64,000 nucleotides of DNA from an uncultured delta proteobacterium (GCA_963753975.1 CAVWEH010000004.1:96001-160000); one strand, 5' to 3'. Counted from the stretch's first letter, positions 47,253 through 59,137 are shown. Program-made: numbers and translations. The notes: generated by a model not told the origin, from the sequence alone.

Positions 47253-48701
47253 TCAGATTTCGTTTCCAAAATCGGCCTTAAATGCCTTCACAAGTTTCGC
47301 GCCCCAGTCGCCGCCCACCGTTTCCAGCTTGCCGAAAAAGAAACGCATTACCGGCGGCTCCTCCACAAAGCGTAATCCGCCGATGATATCCTTATGATGA
47401 TGCAGCCAGGCTAGTCGATCCGCAACGTACTCGATATGCCCCAGAGTATAGGTACGTCGCGGGATGGCGATGCGCACGAGCTCCATTTTGGCTGTAACTT
47501 CCTTGCCGTTCCGATCCCGGTCTTCAGACATCGTTCCGCGCTCGACTCCCCGCGCTCCTGAAACAAGATACATCGCTGCATTCAGCGCTTCCGCCGGATA
47601 CTGAAGCGGGGGAATGTTCGGCAGAAACTCGCGGGCATTTACATGGCAGGCCAGTCCGCCCGGCGGGGTAACGACCGGAACGCCGTATTCCTGCAAACGT
47701 TCGACAAAATATTTGATAAATTCAGGGCTGCTGCCCGCAACTTCCATCTGTGTCATTTCCTCCAGCCCTACCGCCATAGCTTCGATTTCCTTTGTGGACA
47801 TGCCGCCATAGGTCGAAAATCCCTCGTACACCGGCAGCCATGTCATCAGCTGGTCAAAGTGTTGTTTGTTGTTTGTTGCAATAAGGCCTCCCCGCGCACC
47901 GCCGCTCTTCCTTCCCGACATATAGAGGATATCGACGTGACTCATCATTTCTAAAAGAATTTCTTGAATCGATTTATCAGCGTATCCTTTTTCACGCTGC
48001 TTGATGAAATAAGCGTTTTCTCCGATAAGGCTGCCATCCATCACCATCAAAATGCCGTTTGATTTGGCGATTTTCTCGACGTCTCGCAGGTTTTGCATCG
48101 AAAACGGCTGGCCACCGATCAGGTTGGTTGTCGCTTCCATGCGGATAAAAGCGATATTTTCACGGCCATGCTTTTCAATGGACTTCTTGAGCTTTGTAAT
48201 ATCGATGTTTCCCTTGAACGGTGCGCTTCCGGCCGGAATCAGGGCTTCGTCAGCCACCAGGTCGATGATCTGAGAACCAACGAGCTCCACATGAACCCGG
48301 GTCGAGGGAAAGTGATAGTTCGTTAACACAACTTGTGGAGATTTGAGAAACACTTTCACCAGCAAGTGCTCCGCGGCTCGTCCCTGGTGGACAGGTAACG
48401 TGTGTTCAAATCCGAAAACCTTTTTCACCACGCGTGCCATTTTGTAGAAACTCTCGGAGCCGGCATAGGCATCATCCGCAACCATCATGGCAGCTAATTG
48501 ATTATCACTCATTGCGTTTGTGCCACTATCGGTCAACATGTCGAGAAATACTTCCCTCGCCGGGAGGAGGAATGTGTTATAACCGACAGCTCGCAGACAC
48601 TCCAGCCGCTGCGCTGCAGGGAGGAGGTACATTTTTTGCACGATCTTGATCTTGTGCATCTCCATGGGTACTTGCCGGCCATTGGCCAATGTAATAATCA
48701 T
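47253..48701 (-). CDS. Tryptophanase / tyrosine phenol-lyase family PLP enzyme
   Basis: DMLTDSGT, DDAYAGS, HQGRAAE, MSGRK, EGFSTYGG, GVERG, PRRTYT. Confidence 0.88.
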   Translation of the reverse strand: MIITLANGRQVPMEMHKIKIVQKMYLLPAAQRLECLRAVGYNTFLLPAREVFLDMLTDSGTNAMSDNQLAAMMVADDAYAGSESFYKMARVVKKVFGFEHTLPVHQGRAAEHLLVKVFLKSPQVVLTNYHFPSTRVHVELVGSQIIDLVADEALIPAGSAPFKGNIDITKLKKSIEKHGRENIAFIRMEATTNLIGGQPFSMQNLRDVEKIAKSNGILMVMDGSLIGENAYFIKQREKGYADKSIQEILLEMMSHVDILYMSGRKSGGARGGLIATNNKQHFDQLMTWLPVYEGFSTYGGMSTKEIEAMAVGLEEMTQMEVAGSSPEFIKYFVERLQEYGVPVVTPPGGLACHVNAREFLPNIPPLQYPAEALNAAMYLVSGARGVERGTMSEDRDRNGKEVTAKMELVRIAIPRRTYTLGHIEYVADRLAWLHHHKDIIGGLRFVEEPPVMRFFFGKLETVGGDWGAKLVKAFKADFGNEI

Positions 48702-49003
48702 AATTTTCTCCTTTCGACTTCCAAAGTTCAAAGAACCTGAAATTACAGATAAATTATTGGTGATAGTTTCCTTCTGAGTGAGGGAGTATAGGAAAAAACT
48801 TTCTTTTGTGTCAAGATAATTTAATATTACAATTTTAGGTAATTAGAAAAAAATCGGCGGTACTCTTTTCAATTGTCTCCAGGCACATAAACCAGAAAAT
48901 TAGAACAGTCCAATATTTTTTGAATAAAACCTTTCTCAATTTTCCAGCAAAAAAATGAATCAGCCTGTCTGGTAATTCTCACGCATGTCTTGGACTGATA
49001 GTT

Positions 49004-49768
49004 TTACTTAAACTTGGTAAAATCCGGTTTACGTTTCTCAAAGAACGCGGTAAATGCTTCCTTTGCTTCTTTCGATACCAGCATTTTAGTAAAAAGCCTG
49101 CCCTCTTCCTCCATTTTGGACTTGATCGCCGCAAGCTCTTTACCCTTCATCAAATGTTTGGTTGCCTTTAGCGACGATGTCGGCAATGCCGCTAGCTTAG
49201 CCGCCTGGGTCTGCGCAAACGCAAAAACTTCGGCAGTCGGCAATACCTTGTTTACCAATCCCATCGCGCACGCTTCGTGGGCCGAAAATGTCTCGCCCAG
49301 CATCAACTTTTCCGCCGCACGCTGGTAACCGGCGATTTGAGGAAGCAGCATACTGGACGAAAATTCCGGACACAAGCCGAGCTTAGCGAAGGGCATCGAA
49401 AACTGAGCATTGTCGGCTGCATAGACGAAATCACAGTGCAGCAACAACGTCGTGCCAATACCGACTGCGGGACCGGACACCGCCGCGACTACCGGCTTGG
49501 TCGCCCGGCTAAGTTTCTGCATAAATTGGTATACAGGACTATTTCTTTTCTGCGGGGGATTCTTCATAAAATCCTCCAAATCATTGCCGGCCGTGAATAT
49601 TTCCGGTTTACCTGTGAATAGAATCACGCGCACCTCTGTATCTTTTTCCGCTTCTTTCAGTGCGTCGGCCATGGTCTGGTACATCGCCGCTGTAATCGCA
49701 TTCTTCTTATTTGGACGGTTAAATGTGATAGTAAAAATGCCGTTTGCCTTGCTGGTCAAAATATCCAT
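49004..49768 (-). CDS. Enoyl-CoA hydratase/isomerase family protein
   Basis: NRPNKKNAIT, FTAGNDL, GPAVGIG, LGLCPEF, FFEKRKPDF. Confidence 0.93.
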   Translation of the reverse strand: MDILTSKANGIFTITFNRPNKKNAITAAMYQTMADALKEAEKDTEVRVILFTGKPEIFTAGNDLEDFMKNPPQKRNSPVYQFMQKLSRATKPVVAAVSGPAVGIGTTLLLHCDFVYAADNAQFSMPFAKLGLCPEFSSSMLLPQIAGYQRAAEKLMLGETFSAHEACAMGLVNKVLPTAEVFAFAQTQAAKLAALPTSSLKATKHLMKGKELAAIKSKMEEEGRLFTKMLVSKEAKEAFTAFFEKRKPDFTKFK

Positions 49769-49947
49769 GTTATCTCCTGACAAAATACTTTTTTAATTCT
49801 TTTTATATTAATTAAGCAATCTTTATAAAACAGTAAAATCGACTGTTAATTTCTTTTAAATGCATTTATATCAAGCGGTGATTATGGTCAATGATTTGTT
49901 TGCCGATGTCATGATCCAGATTGCAGCAATATTTCCTCAATCAATCA

Positions 49948-50346
49948 TTACACTTTAATTGCTATTTGAATTTCCGGCGGCGCATCCAGAAACTTTTTGA
50001 CCGAGCAGGTTTGAGCGGCTTTAACAATCGCGGCTTTGTATTTCTCCGGAAAATTCAGCGGCAATACTATGTCGATATTCATTTTTTCGACCCTGTGAGT
50101 CGTGTCATTACGCATAACTGTTTGTATCATGGTAATATTGTCCGTCGGGATAGAACGTGATTGGCAAAAAGCGATAATATAAAACCCGGCGCACATACCA
50201 ATGGAAGCTAGAAAGATTTCCAATGGTGCCGGTGCAGTATTATCGCCACCGTCGGCCACCGGTTGATCTGACTTTAGAGTAAAACTACGAAAATGCGCAT
50301 CAACCTTTTTATTTCCAGTAAACGTAATGTCATATTTCATTTCCAT
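49948..50346 (-). CDS. OsmC-family protein
   Basis: DQP...GG...APAP...FLASIG.C and second Cys in C.VKK. Confidence 0.88.
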   Translation of the reverse strand: MEMKYDITFTGNKKVDAHFRSFTLKSDQPVADGGDNTAPAPLEIFLASIGMCAGFYIIAFCQSRSIPTDNITMIQTVMRNDTTHRVEKMNIDIVLPLNFPEKYKAAIVKAAQTCSVKKFLDAPPEIQIAIKV

Positions 50347-50392
50347 ATTTTCTGTCCTTATTAAAACAGTTATCCATTATATATAGGTGTCA

Positions 50393-50640
50393 TCAGCCGT
50401 CCATATATATGCGCCTTTTTGCCGGGGTAAATCTTTCTATCACGTAACGCAGCATGGCTCTGGGCATTACTGGGCAATGTTTTTGTAAAAACAACTCTGC
50501 ATACTTAATATCACGTTTGCCGACTTCGCGCAGCATCCAACCGGCAGCCCTGTAAATTAAATCTTCTTTATCTTGCAGTAAAATTCCGGTGATCTTAAGT
50601 GCATCGGCAAATTTATTGCTTCTGATAAAAAAGAAAGAAA
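50393..50640 (-). pseudogene. DNA alkylation repair protein (AlkD-like), C-terminal fragment
   Basis: DKEDLIYRAAGWMLREVGKRD...MPRAMLRYVIERF; no N-terminal part present. Confidence 0.75.
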
Positions 50641-50644
50641 AAAG

Positions 50645-51113
50645 TGAATGTGGGAACATATCAATAAAACTGATGATGCATTTTTCCGTGTGCCGATAAT
50701 TGCGCCGCCAGATCATTGAAGCGGTCAATGTGATAGTCAATGTTTATACTTTCCGACAACAAGATCGGATCATAGCGCCAGATGATTCGTTTCTTGCCAA
50801 TTTTATCGGAAAGCTTTAAGAACGTATCGATAATTTCGGTTTTGGGCGGCAGATTCGGCTCGATATCTTTGTTATAGGGTGTCAGGGTGAATTGAAAGTA
50901 AAAGTTGCAGTTTTGGAGAAGTTGCAGCCGATCCATCATCGGCGCCGGATCTTTCGTCCAGAAAACAATGCAGTCAACATCGGTAGGGGCAAGCGATATA
51001 TTCTAACCTGCTTGGGATTCATTGGATTGCGCACAGAACAAATCTACGAATCCGGTTGAAAAACCAGTCACTGTAATAAGCGGGAATATCCGTCTCGGCT
51101 GAGCGATAATCAT
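50645..51113 (-). pseudogene. DUF1848-family protein, N-terminal half with multiple frameshifts
   Basis: Pieces of MII..SRRTDIPAYYSDWFFNRI, VDCIVFWTKDP, FQFTLTPY..DIEP, WRYDPIL, CIISFID. Confidence 0.75.
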
Positions 51114-51636
51114 ATAGTTTATAAAAGTTAATAGAAGATTAAAATATAAAAATAATTGTATGAATATAAAGAAAATTGAAAAGTGATAATAAAAATAGAT
51201 TTATATATTTTTTGTTTTATATAGTGAAAGTATATGAAATTGTGAATTTGATAATTTTTAATAAATTGATAAGTATTGATAAGTTTATGTTATAGTGTTT
51301 GTAGAAAATTAGTAGAGTATATGTGATTTGTTATGAAGTAATTGATATATTGTAATTTTGAGATATATTATTATTATGACCGATTGAGCAACCGACTATT
51401 GATTTAATTTTAAAATTATTTTCTTCAAGCAATGAATTACATTGTAGCGAGCACCGCAATGCGTCGCTCCCAGAGGTTCTTTGATTTCGCCAGTTGATAG
51501 AGGGGCTTTTTGCTTTTCTCCATCAAAGACGCTCCCACAATATTGGGAGCAGAAACATCCACCAAATCCCAGTTATAGTACCGAGGAAAAAGATCGTCGA
51601 GAAAACCATGATGCTGACGTCAATGTATGTGCAGGA

Positions 51637-54295
51637 TTATCTATATTTGTCCTGCTTTGTCAGTAATTTCTCCAAACCAGAGAAAACTTTGCCCAAATTT
51701 TCCGGTTGTGTGCCACCGGCCTGAGCCATGTCGGAGCGGCCGCCGCCACTGCCGCCCACCAGCGGTGCGAGTTCCTTGATGATGTTTCCGGCGGAATATT
51801 TTCCGGCCAGGTCTTTGGTCACCATACACAAAAGCAACGCTTTCTCTCCGGTCTTACTGCCCAGAAAGATAACGCCGGATTCCATTTTGTCGCGTAGCTT
51901 ATCACCAAAGTCGCGCAGCGTTTTGACATCGGTAATACTCACTTCCGCGGCCAGCACCTTCACTCCGCCGATTTCGCGCGTCTGGCTGAGCAGATCACTG
52001 GAATCCTTGGCGGCGAGTTTTCCTTTGAGGGCTTCAATTTCTTTTTCCAGATCTCTTGCGTGTTTGAGCAATTTTTCGGTTCTGTCCACAAGCTCCAGAG
52101 GATTAGCCTTAAATAATCCGGCGGCTTTTTTGAGTTCTTCTTCCGCCTTCTGCACATGCGTAAGCGCTTCCTTACCGGTGACCGCTTCGATTCTGCGCAC
52201 ACCCGCGGCTATGGCCGATTCGTGGATAACCTTGAACAAGCCGATCTCGCCTGTTTGCTGCACATGCGTGCCGCCGCAAAGCTCCATGCTCATCTCGCCC
52301 ATTTTGACAATACGGACGGTCGCGCCGTACTTTTCATCAAACACAGCCGTGGCACCGGTTTTAAGCGCGTCTTCCAACGCGCAAACTTCCGTCTGCACGG
52401 GCAGATTTTTGCGAATCATATCATTGGCGATATCTTCCACACGCTGTAGTTCTTCATCACTGATTTTAGAAAAGTGAGTAAAGTCGAAACGCAACCGTTC
52501 GGCTGTCACCTGCGAGCCGGATTGTTTGATGTGATCGCCCAGCACGGCTTTGAGCGCTGCCTGTAAAATATGCGTGCCGGAGTGATTGGCCTGAGCCGCC
52601 CTTCTTTTTTCGGCATCGACAATCAAATGCGCTTTATCGCCGATTTTAATATTTCCCTTTTGCACAATACCTTTATGCACGATAAAATTTTCCACCGGCT
52701 TTTTGGTCTCGAGCACAGCAAAGTCAAAACCTGCTCCTTTTAAAAAGCCCGAGTCACCTATCTGACCACCGGACTCACCATAAAATGGAGTTCTCTCTAC
52801 AACGATTTCCGCCTTCTGGCCTTCGCTTGCACTATCGGCAAGTTTCCCATTCACAAAAATAGTCGCAATACTCGAATCTCCTATAGTCACTCCCTCATAA
52901 CCGCAAAACTCACTCGATATGCCGGAGCTGGAAGCTTTCAGGTAGCACTCAGCCACTGCTTCTTCACCGCTCCCCTTCCAGGCGCCACGCGCTCTTTCGC
53001 GCTGCTTCTCCATCTCGGCTTCAAAGCCAGCCGTGTCGAGTGTAAAATTATCTTTTTTAACAATGTCCGCAGTCAAGTCGGTGGGGAAACCAAAGGTATC
53101 GTAGAGTTTGAAAACCAGTGTGCCGGGTAGAACCGATTTCGCCCGCTTCTTTCAGGGCTGTCGTTTCTTCCTGTAAAATGCGCAATCCGGCGTCGAGCGT
53201 TTCCATAAAACGCTGTTCTTCGTTGAGAATAACTTTGGTAATGTAAGAAGCCTTATCGGCTAGGTCGGGATAGGTATATTTCATCATATCAATGACGACT
53301 CGCGCGCTTTCGTGTAAGAACGGTTTGTTGATGCCCAGCATCTTGCCATGACGCGCGGCGCGGCGCAAGATGCGCCTGAGCACATAACCGCGGCCATCGT
53401 TCGCGGGCAGGATACCATCCCCAATTAAAAAAGTCACAGCACGGCTGTGATCGGCAATGACCCGGATAGAGACATCATTATCGGCATTTTTACCGTAGGT
53501 CTTATCGGATATTTTTTCCATAAGCCGTATCAGGGGAGTGAAAAAATCAGTATCATAGTTACTCTTCACGCCCTGAATAACAGCCGTCAAGCGCTCCAGT
53601 CCCATGCCCGTATCAATGCTGGGCTTGACCAGCGGATTTAATTTTCCGCTTTCATCGCGATCAAACTGGGTGAAGACAAGATTCCAGATTTCCAGATAGC
53701 GGTCACAACCGCAGTCCAGACCGCATTCGGCGCGCCCGCAGCCGGTGCCTTTGCCCTGGTCATAAATGATTTCCGAGCAGGGGCCGCAGGGGCCGGTCTC
53801 CCCCATCATCCAGAAATTACTTTTTTTACCCATGCGGACGATACGCTCTTTCGGCACTTTCATCTTTTTATTCCAGACAGCGAAGGCATCATCGTCTTCT
53901 TCATAAATCGTGACCCACAGCTTCTCTCTGGGCAATTTAACAATGTCGATCAAGTATTCCCATGCCCAGGCAATTGCTTCTTCTTTGAAATAATCACCGA
54001 ACGAAAAATTGCCGAGCATTTCGAAAAAAGTATGATGCCGCGCGGTAACGCCGACATTTTCGAGGTCGTTGTGTTTTCCGCCGGCACGCACGCATTTCTG
54101 GCAGGATGCCGCCTTCGTATAGCCTCTTTTTTCGAGACCCAGAAACGCGTTTTTGAATTGCACCATACCGGCATTGGTGAAAAGCAGGGTCGGATCATCT
54201 TTGGGAATCAAAGCGGAGCTAGCCACTCGTGTATGTCCCTTAGCTTCAAAATACTTTAAAAAACTTTCCCTGATTTCACTCCCCGTTTTCGGCAT
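51637..54295 (-). CDS. alaS: Alanine--tRNA ligase, frameshift near 53140 (probable error)
   Basis: [49 protein letters not shown]. Confidence 0.96.
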
Positions 54296-54774
54296 TAATT
54301 TCCTCCTGTGCTGTCTTTCCCAGTTTTTTTAAGATCAAGCCCGGCGGGAAACCACGACCCATCAGGCTTTGAAATATCCTTTTTTTCGCCTGCAAATCCA
54401 AAATATCTAATTTTTTTCTTGATGCTTTTTTTTTAATTAAAAATGCAATGGCCTCTTCTTCCGAAATTTCCCGGCGTGCCTTCGTCTACCGCGGCTGGTA
54501 TTAATTCCGCCTCCACACCTTTTTCCCGCAGATTGACAAATATTTTTTTATCTCCCCAGAGCTTATTTACAGCAAGATCCCGTGCCCTTTGAACGGCAAA
54601 AGACGCATCATTTAGATAATTCAATTCGCGAAGTTTTTCCAGAGCTTCTTTGACCACAGCTGCGGAAAAGCCTTTCTCCCGCAGCTTTTTCCCCAACTCT
54701 TTTTCCGCGTGCGGACGCAATGATAAAAGACGGTAAGCTTTTTGTTTGGCTGCCGCCAGATCTAAAACCTTCAC
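54276..54774 (-). CDS. recX: Regulatory protein RecX, frameshift near 54480
   Basis: LLSLRPH...[14 protein letters not shown], then RGFP in the second frame; follows recA. Confidence 0.85.
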
Positions 54775-55793
54775 TTATCATCTTCCTGCTCTTTAGCCAC
54801 GATACCCAGCTTGGCTCGTACATCATTTTCCACTGCCGTCATAATATCCGGATTATCTTTTAAAAAGATACGGGAATTATCCCGGCCCTGCCCTATTCTA
54901 TCTCCCTTGTATGAATACCAGGCGCCGCTTTTCTCAATGATACCATTGTCGGCCGCCAGATCCAGCACATCGCCTTCGCGCGATATACCTTCGCCGAAGA
55001 TGATATCAAATTCCGCTTCTCGGAAAGGTGGGGCCAGCTTATTTTTTACAACTTTAACCTTGGTTCTGAACCCGATGACGTCCTGACCGTTCTTTATAGA
55101 AGTCATTTTTCTAATATCGAGCCGCTGCGAAGAGTAAAATTTTAAAGCATTGCCGCCTGTTGTTGTTTCCGGATTGCCGAAGAAAACGCCGATCTTCATG
55201 CGTAACTGATTAATAAAGATAACTGTGGTCTTGGATTTACTGATACTGCCGGTAAGCTTGCGTAGCGCCTGCGACATAAGCCTTGCCTGCAATCCCATTT
55301 GCGCGTCGCCCATTTCACCTTCCAATTCGGCCTTGGGAACGAGTGCCGCCACGGAGTCAATTACCAAAACATCCAAAGCACCGCTACGCACAAGAGTCTC
55401 CGCAATTTCCAATGCCTGCTCACCCGTGTCCGGTTGCGATATAAGGAGATCATCCGTGTTGACGCCAATTTTTTTGGCATAGGTCACATCCAAAGCGTGT
55501 TCGGCATCAATGTAAGCGGCAAGTCCATTTTTCTTTTGCGCCTCAGCGACAATGTGCAGCGCCAGTGTGGTCTTTCCGCCTGATTCCGGCCCGTAGATTT
55601 CAATAACCCTTCCACGCGGGACGCCAAACGTCCCTAAAGCAATATCCAGGCTAAGCGAACCTGTGGATATTGCCGGAACATCGGCAACCCGCTCCGAGCC
55701 ACCCAGTTTCATAATCGATCCCTTGCCAAATTGCCTTTCTATCTGAGTGATCGCCAAATCAACAGCTTTTGATCTGTCTAAATCTGCGCACAT
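54771..55793 (-). CDS. recA: Recombinase A
   Basis: [39 protein letters not shown]; start trimmed to the ATG after GGAGG. Confidence 0.99.
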   Translation of the reverse strand: MCADLDRSKAVDLAITQIERQFGKGSIMKLGGSERVADVPAISTGSLSLDIALGTFGVPRGRVIEIYGPESGGKTTLALHIVAEAQKKNGLAAYIDAEHALDVTYAKKIGVNTDDLLISQPDTGEQALEIAETLVRSGALDVLVIDSVAALVPKAELEGEMGDAQMGLQARLMSQALRKLTGSISKSKTTVIFINQLRMKIGVFFGNPETTTGGNALKFYSSQRLDIRKMTSIKNGQDVIGFRTKVKVVKNKLAPPFREAEFDIIFGEGISREGDVLDLAADNGIIEKSGAWYSYKGDRIGQGRDNSRIFLKDNPDIMTAVENDVRAKLGIVAKEQEDDK

Positions 55794-55859
55794 AGTATCA
55801 TGACCTCCATTAATTTTATTGTTTGTAGTTTTTTTAGTTTTCATTGCTATCCTTAATTT

Positions 55860-56442
55860 TTAACCGGAAAAAGAAAACTTTTCCAGCTTTGTATAAATTG
55901 CTCCCTGTCTTGCCAGTTTACTTTCAAATAAAATTATTTCCGAACAGCTAAATTCACCCGCGATGAAATCGTTATACTTATTCAGAGCCTCGCTGATTTC
56001 CCACTAATTCCGGCGGGATTTTAATCCGGCCCAAGGTCAAATGAGCGCGGAATGGCCGGTTTTCCCGCGGAAAACCAATTCCTTCAAAATCCATATCTGA
56101 TGTAGTCTGCAATGCGGTCAATTTTTCCGTATCACCCGCCGTTCCCAGCCAGAGAACACGCGGCCTTCGGGCACCGGGGAAAACACCTAGCTTTTCTATA
56201 GTCAAAGACAGAGTCGGCACCGAAGCTACTTGCTTTTTCATTATAGCGCAAATATTTTTTACATCGTCTTGATCAATGTAGCCGAAAAATTTTAATGTAA
56301 TATGATTGCCTTGCGGTCTTGTCCAACTTATCTTTCCTTTTATTTCTTTTTTTAAATTCTCCTGCAGGCGGGAAACAGCCTCGAGGACATCATCTCCCGG
56401 CTCAATTGCTAAAAAAGCCCGTATCTTCTTTTCTTTTTCCAT
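55860..56442 (-). CDS. thpR: RNA 2',3'-cyclic phosphodiesterase (2H family), frameshift near 55998
   Basis: Two HxT motifs (HITLKF, HLTLGR), PRVLW. Confidence 0.88.
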
Positions 56443-56448
56443 TTGCCA

Positions 56449-57700
56449 TTAACCTTTTCTCTGTAAATAATCTTTGATCATCATCAAAGCCGCTTCTGAG
56501 AAAACATGTTTGTTTCTTTTACGATCCCAGCGAAAAGTGTAATGGCGGCAAATAGTCTGCTTGGAGTCGGCCAGCGCCAGATAAACAGTGCCTACGGGCT
56601 TATCAATGCTCCCGCCTGTTGGACCGGCAATGCCGGTGGAGGAAAGGCCCAAATCAGTGCCGGCAACTCTGCGGATTCCTTCCGCCATCGACCGCGCAGT
56701 CTCTTCGCTTACTGCTCCATACTTTTCAATTACGCCCGCCGGAATGCCGAGCAAATTCACCTTGGCGGCATTGCTGTAAGCCACGACCGCCCGTTCGAAA
56801 AAAGCCGAACTTCCCGCCACATCGGTTAATCGATTAGATATCAGTCCACCGGTGCACGACTCCGCCACAGCCAAGGTCATTTTCTTCTCGATCAACAGAG
56901 CGGCGACAATTTCTTCGAGAGTTTCCTCGCCGTAATGAAATATATATTTTTTAAGCCGCTTGGTTATTTCATCTCTGCGCTATCTTTAATTTATCCTGGG
57001 CCTCTTTAAGAGATTTCCGGCGCGATATCAAAACAAGATGATTTTCAGGGAAAACAGGATAAAAACCAACGCTCACCTCCAAAGAATTAAAATCGATGTC
57101 TTTCAGAGCGTCGTCAACAGCCGCTTCGGAAAGCCCGAAAGTCTTGATGGTTTGTTTGGCAAAATGCCGTTCGTCTTGCGGGAAATATCTGCGCAAAACA
57201 GGAATAACGCCTTCCGGCAACATCCTTCTCATCTCCGCGGGAACTCCGGGAATAACAAAAATAATTTTTCCTTCTGCCGTTCTAAGAGCAAAACCGGCTG
57301 CCGTTCCTATCGGATTGGCAATAATTTCTGCACCGAGAGGGAACATGGCCTGCTTAGCGTTATTTTCTACCCAGCGTAAATTGTATTTGGCAAACCTTTC
57401 TTTGATGCCGCGCAAAACGGTTTCATCAGTGTATAACGGCAAGTCGAAAGCCTGAGCGATAGCGGCAGTTGTTATATCGTCGGCAGTCGGTCCCAGACCT
57501 CCTGTGCAAATTACGGCATCCGTCATCGGCAACAAATAATTTAAACGGTTTTTAATCGCTTCAAAATCATCGCCCACCGACATTATAGCTTCGACGTGCC
57601 AGCCCTGCTGATTCACTTCGCGCGCGATAAACGAAGAATTGGTATCAACAGTGCGGCCGTTCATCAATTCGTTGCCTATGGTTAAGATGCCGATTTTCAT
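56449..57700 (-). CDS. cinA: Competence/damage-inducible protein CinA (MocF + PncC domains), frameshift near 56975
   Basis: IGNELMNG.TVDTN, GGLGPTADD, AESCTGG, GAVSEETA, TGIAGPTGG. Confidence 0.92.
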
Positions 57701-58152
57701 ATCACTCCAAAAAATACCAGTAACCACATCAATAGCCCTGCATAAATCCCGGCGGCAACATCGTCCAGAACAATGCCCAAACCGCCGGCTATTTTTTGCA
57801 GATCGCGGATGGGGAAAGGCTTTAAAATATCAAAAATCCGAAAAAGAATGAACCCGACCAGAAGATGCAACCCCGTTATGGTCACAGGCAGCATCGCCAC
57901 TTGAAAACCGGCAATTTCGTCAATCACAATGCGTTGATCATCTTTTGTCTGATAAATTTTTTCTGCAAGTCCGGCAACATAAACGGCAAGACCCGTGAGG
58001 GCGATCACAATCAAAAGCCGCAATAACCAGGGCAAATATCCGCAAATAAAGCAAATCCCGACGCCAATCAATGTGCCTGCGGTTCCGGGAGCGACAGGAG
58101 AGAGCCCGGAAGCAAAACCCGTGGCCAAGAACTTTATCAACTTTTCACTCAT
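57697..58152 (-). CDS. pgpA: Phosphatidylglycerophosphatase A
   Basis: APGTAGT, IVIDEIAG, FRIFDILKPFPI, GIVLDDVAAG. Confidence 0.95.
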   Translation of the reverse strand: MSEKLIKFLATGFASGLSPVAPGTAGTLIGVGICFICGYLPWLLRLLIVIALTGLAVYVAGLAEKIYQTKDDQRIVIDEIAGFQVAMLPVTITGLHLLVGFILFRIFDILKPFPIRDLQKIAGGLGIVLDDVAAGIYAGLLMWLLVFFGVI

Positions 58153-58317
58153 TGCCTCTCCAGTTATCCTGATAAACTGAAATATCTTCTATTATCAATT
58201 AGTTAAGTTGGTGCAGGCTATCTTTTTTTTAAAGTTGTGTCAATTGTTTTTATAAATTCTTTCCCTAAAACTCCCCGCACCTGAACTCTCTTTTATTTTT
58301 CCCTCAACAGAAAACTC

Positions 58318-58346
58318 TTGACAATAGAACAATCGTTCTATACCAT
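58318..58346 (+). promoter_or_regulatory. Promoter with an overlapping LexA-type operator
   Basis: TTGACA (58318) -17 nt- TACCAT (58341); palindrome ATAGAAC-AATC-GTTCTAT at 58324-58341. Confidence 0.78.
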
Positions 58347-58353
58347 ACCTTCC

Positions 58354-58941
58354 ATGAAAGTCAAGCGAACTTTACCGGATGTGGAGAAAAAATTTTCCGC
58401 CTTTTTCCGCGCCAACCGGCGTATGCCGACATACTCAGAAGCGGCTGAAATCATTGACGTGCATTCCAAAAGCGTCGTCCACTTCTGGGTAAAAAAGATG
58501 CTGGCCTCCAGGTTTCTGCAAAAGGACGCCAAAGGTTTTTTATCACCGGCGCGCTTATCGCTGGGCTTGCCTCTGGCCGGAGAAGTTTGCGCTGGTTTTC
58601 CTTCACCGGCGGAAGAGGAATTGCGCGACGTCATTTCCTTTGACGAATATCTTGTTGCGCATCCGGAAACATCGTTTCTGCTTTCCGTCACCGGCGATTC
58701 CATGATCGGCGAAGGCATCAGAGAAAAAGATTTAGTAATTGTAGAAAGAGGCCGGGAGCCGAAAAACGGCGATATCATTCTGGCCGAAGTGGACGGAAAC
58801 TGGACTATGAAGTATTTTCGCAAAAAAGGAAAGACGGTAACGCTAGAGGCGGCCAATCCCAAATATCCCCCGATCGTACCGGAGAAGGAATTGCGCATTG
58901 CCGGCGTCATTACGGCGGTGGTTCGGAAATATCACAAGTAA
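58354..58941 (+). CDS. lexA: LexA-like repressor (winged HTH + S24 peptidase with UmuD-type AGFPSPA cleavage site)
   Basis: MPTYSE HTH region, CAGFPSPAEE, GDSM (Ser) and TMK (Lys) dyad; start set to ATG 58354. Confidence 0.82.
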   Translation: MKVKRTLPDVEKKFSAFFRANRRMPTYSEAAEIIDVHSKSVVHFWVKKMLASRFLQKDAKGFLSPARLSLGLPLAGEVCAGFPSPAEEELRDVISFDEYLVAHPETSFLLSVTGDSMIGEGIREKDLVIVERGREPKNGDIILAEVDGNWTMKYFRKKGKTVTLEAANPKYPPIVPEKELRIAGVITAVVRKYHK

Positions 58942-59073
58942 TTATTGCGGCGGCGCGCATCTGTAAAACATATTGACACAAGGCGGCGACAATGATTTTA
59001 TCATTTCAATTCTTCTATTGTTTTCAGATCCGGTTTTACATGCATAAAAATGTTTGGGGAACTCGGAAATGAT

Positions 59074-59137
59074 GCACAATTCGGAAAACCAACCACCTTT
59101 GACCCACCATTCATTTGCCACTCACCTTCTTAAAGAT
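59074..59137 (+). pseudogene. intI: Degenerate integron integrase fragment (box II region)
   Basis: CATTCATTTGCCACTCACCTTCTTAAAGAT = HSFATHLLKD, preceded by a KPTT-like segment; about 55 bp upstream of attI-like site 2. Confidence 0.65.

Noticed and set aside
51443..51636. RAYT/IS200 transposase remnant with a GTAG-type REP after alaS
   Set aside because: Only a weak imperfect palindrome and a vague YWE-like peptide, next to unreliable sequence.
58318..58353. TTG start at 58318 for lexA
   Set aside because: That TTG is the -35 hexamer; ATG 58354 fits the promoter geometry.
58973..59000. Cassette promoter Pc (TTGACA at 58973)
   Set aside because: No convincing -10 at 16-18 nt spacing, though weak activity cannot be excluded.
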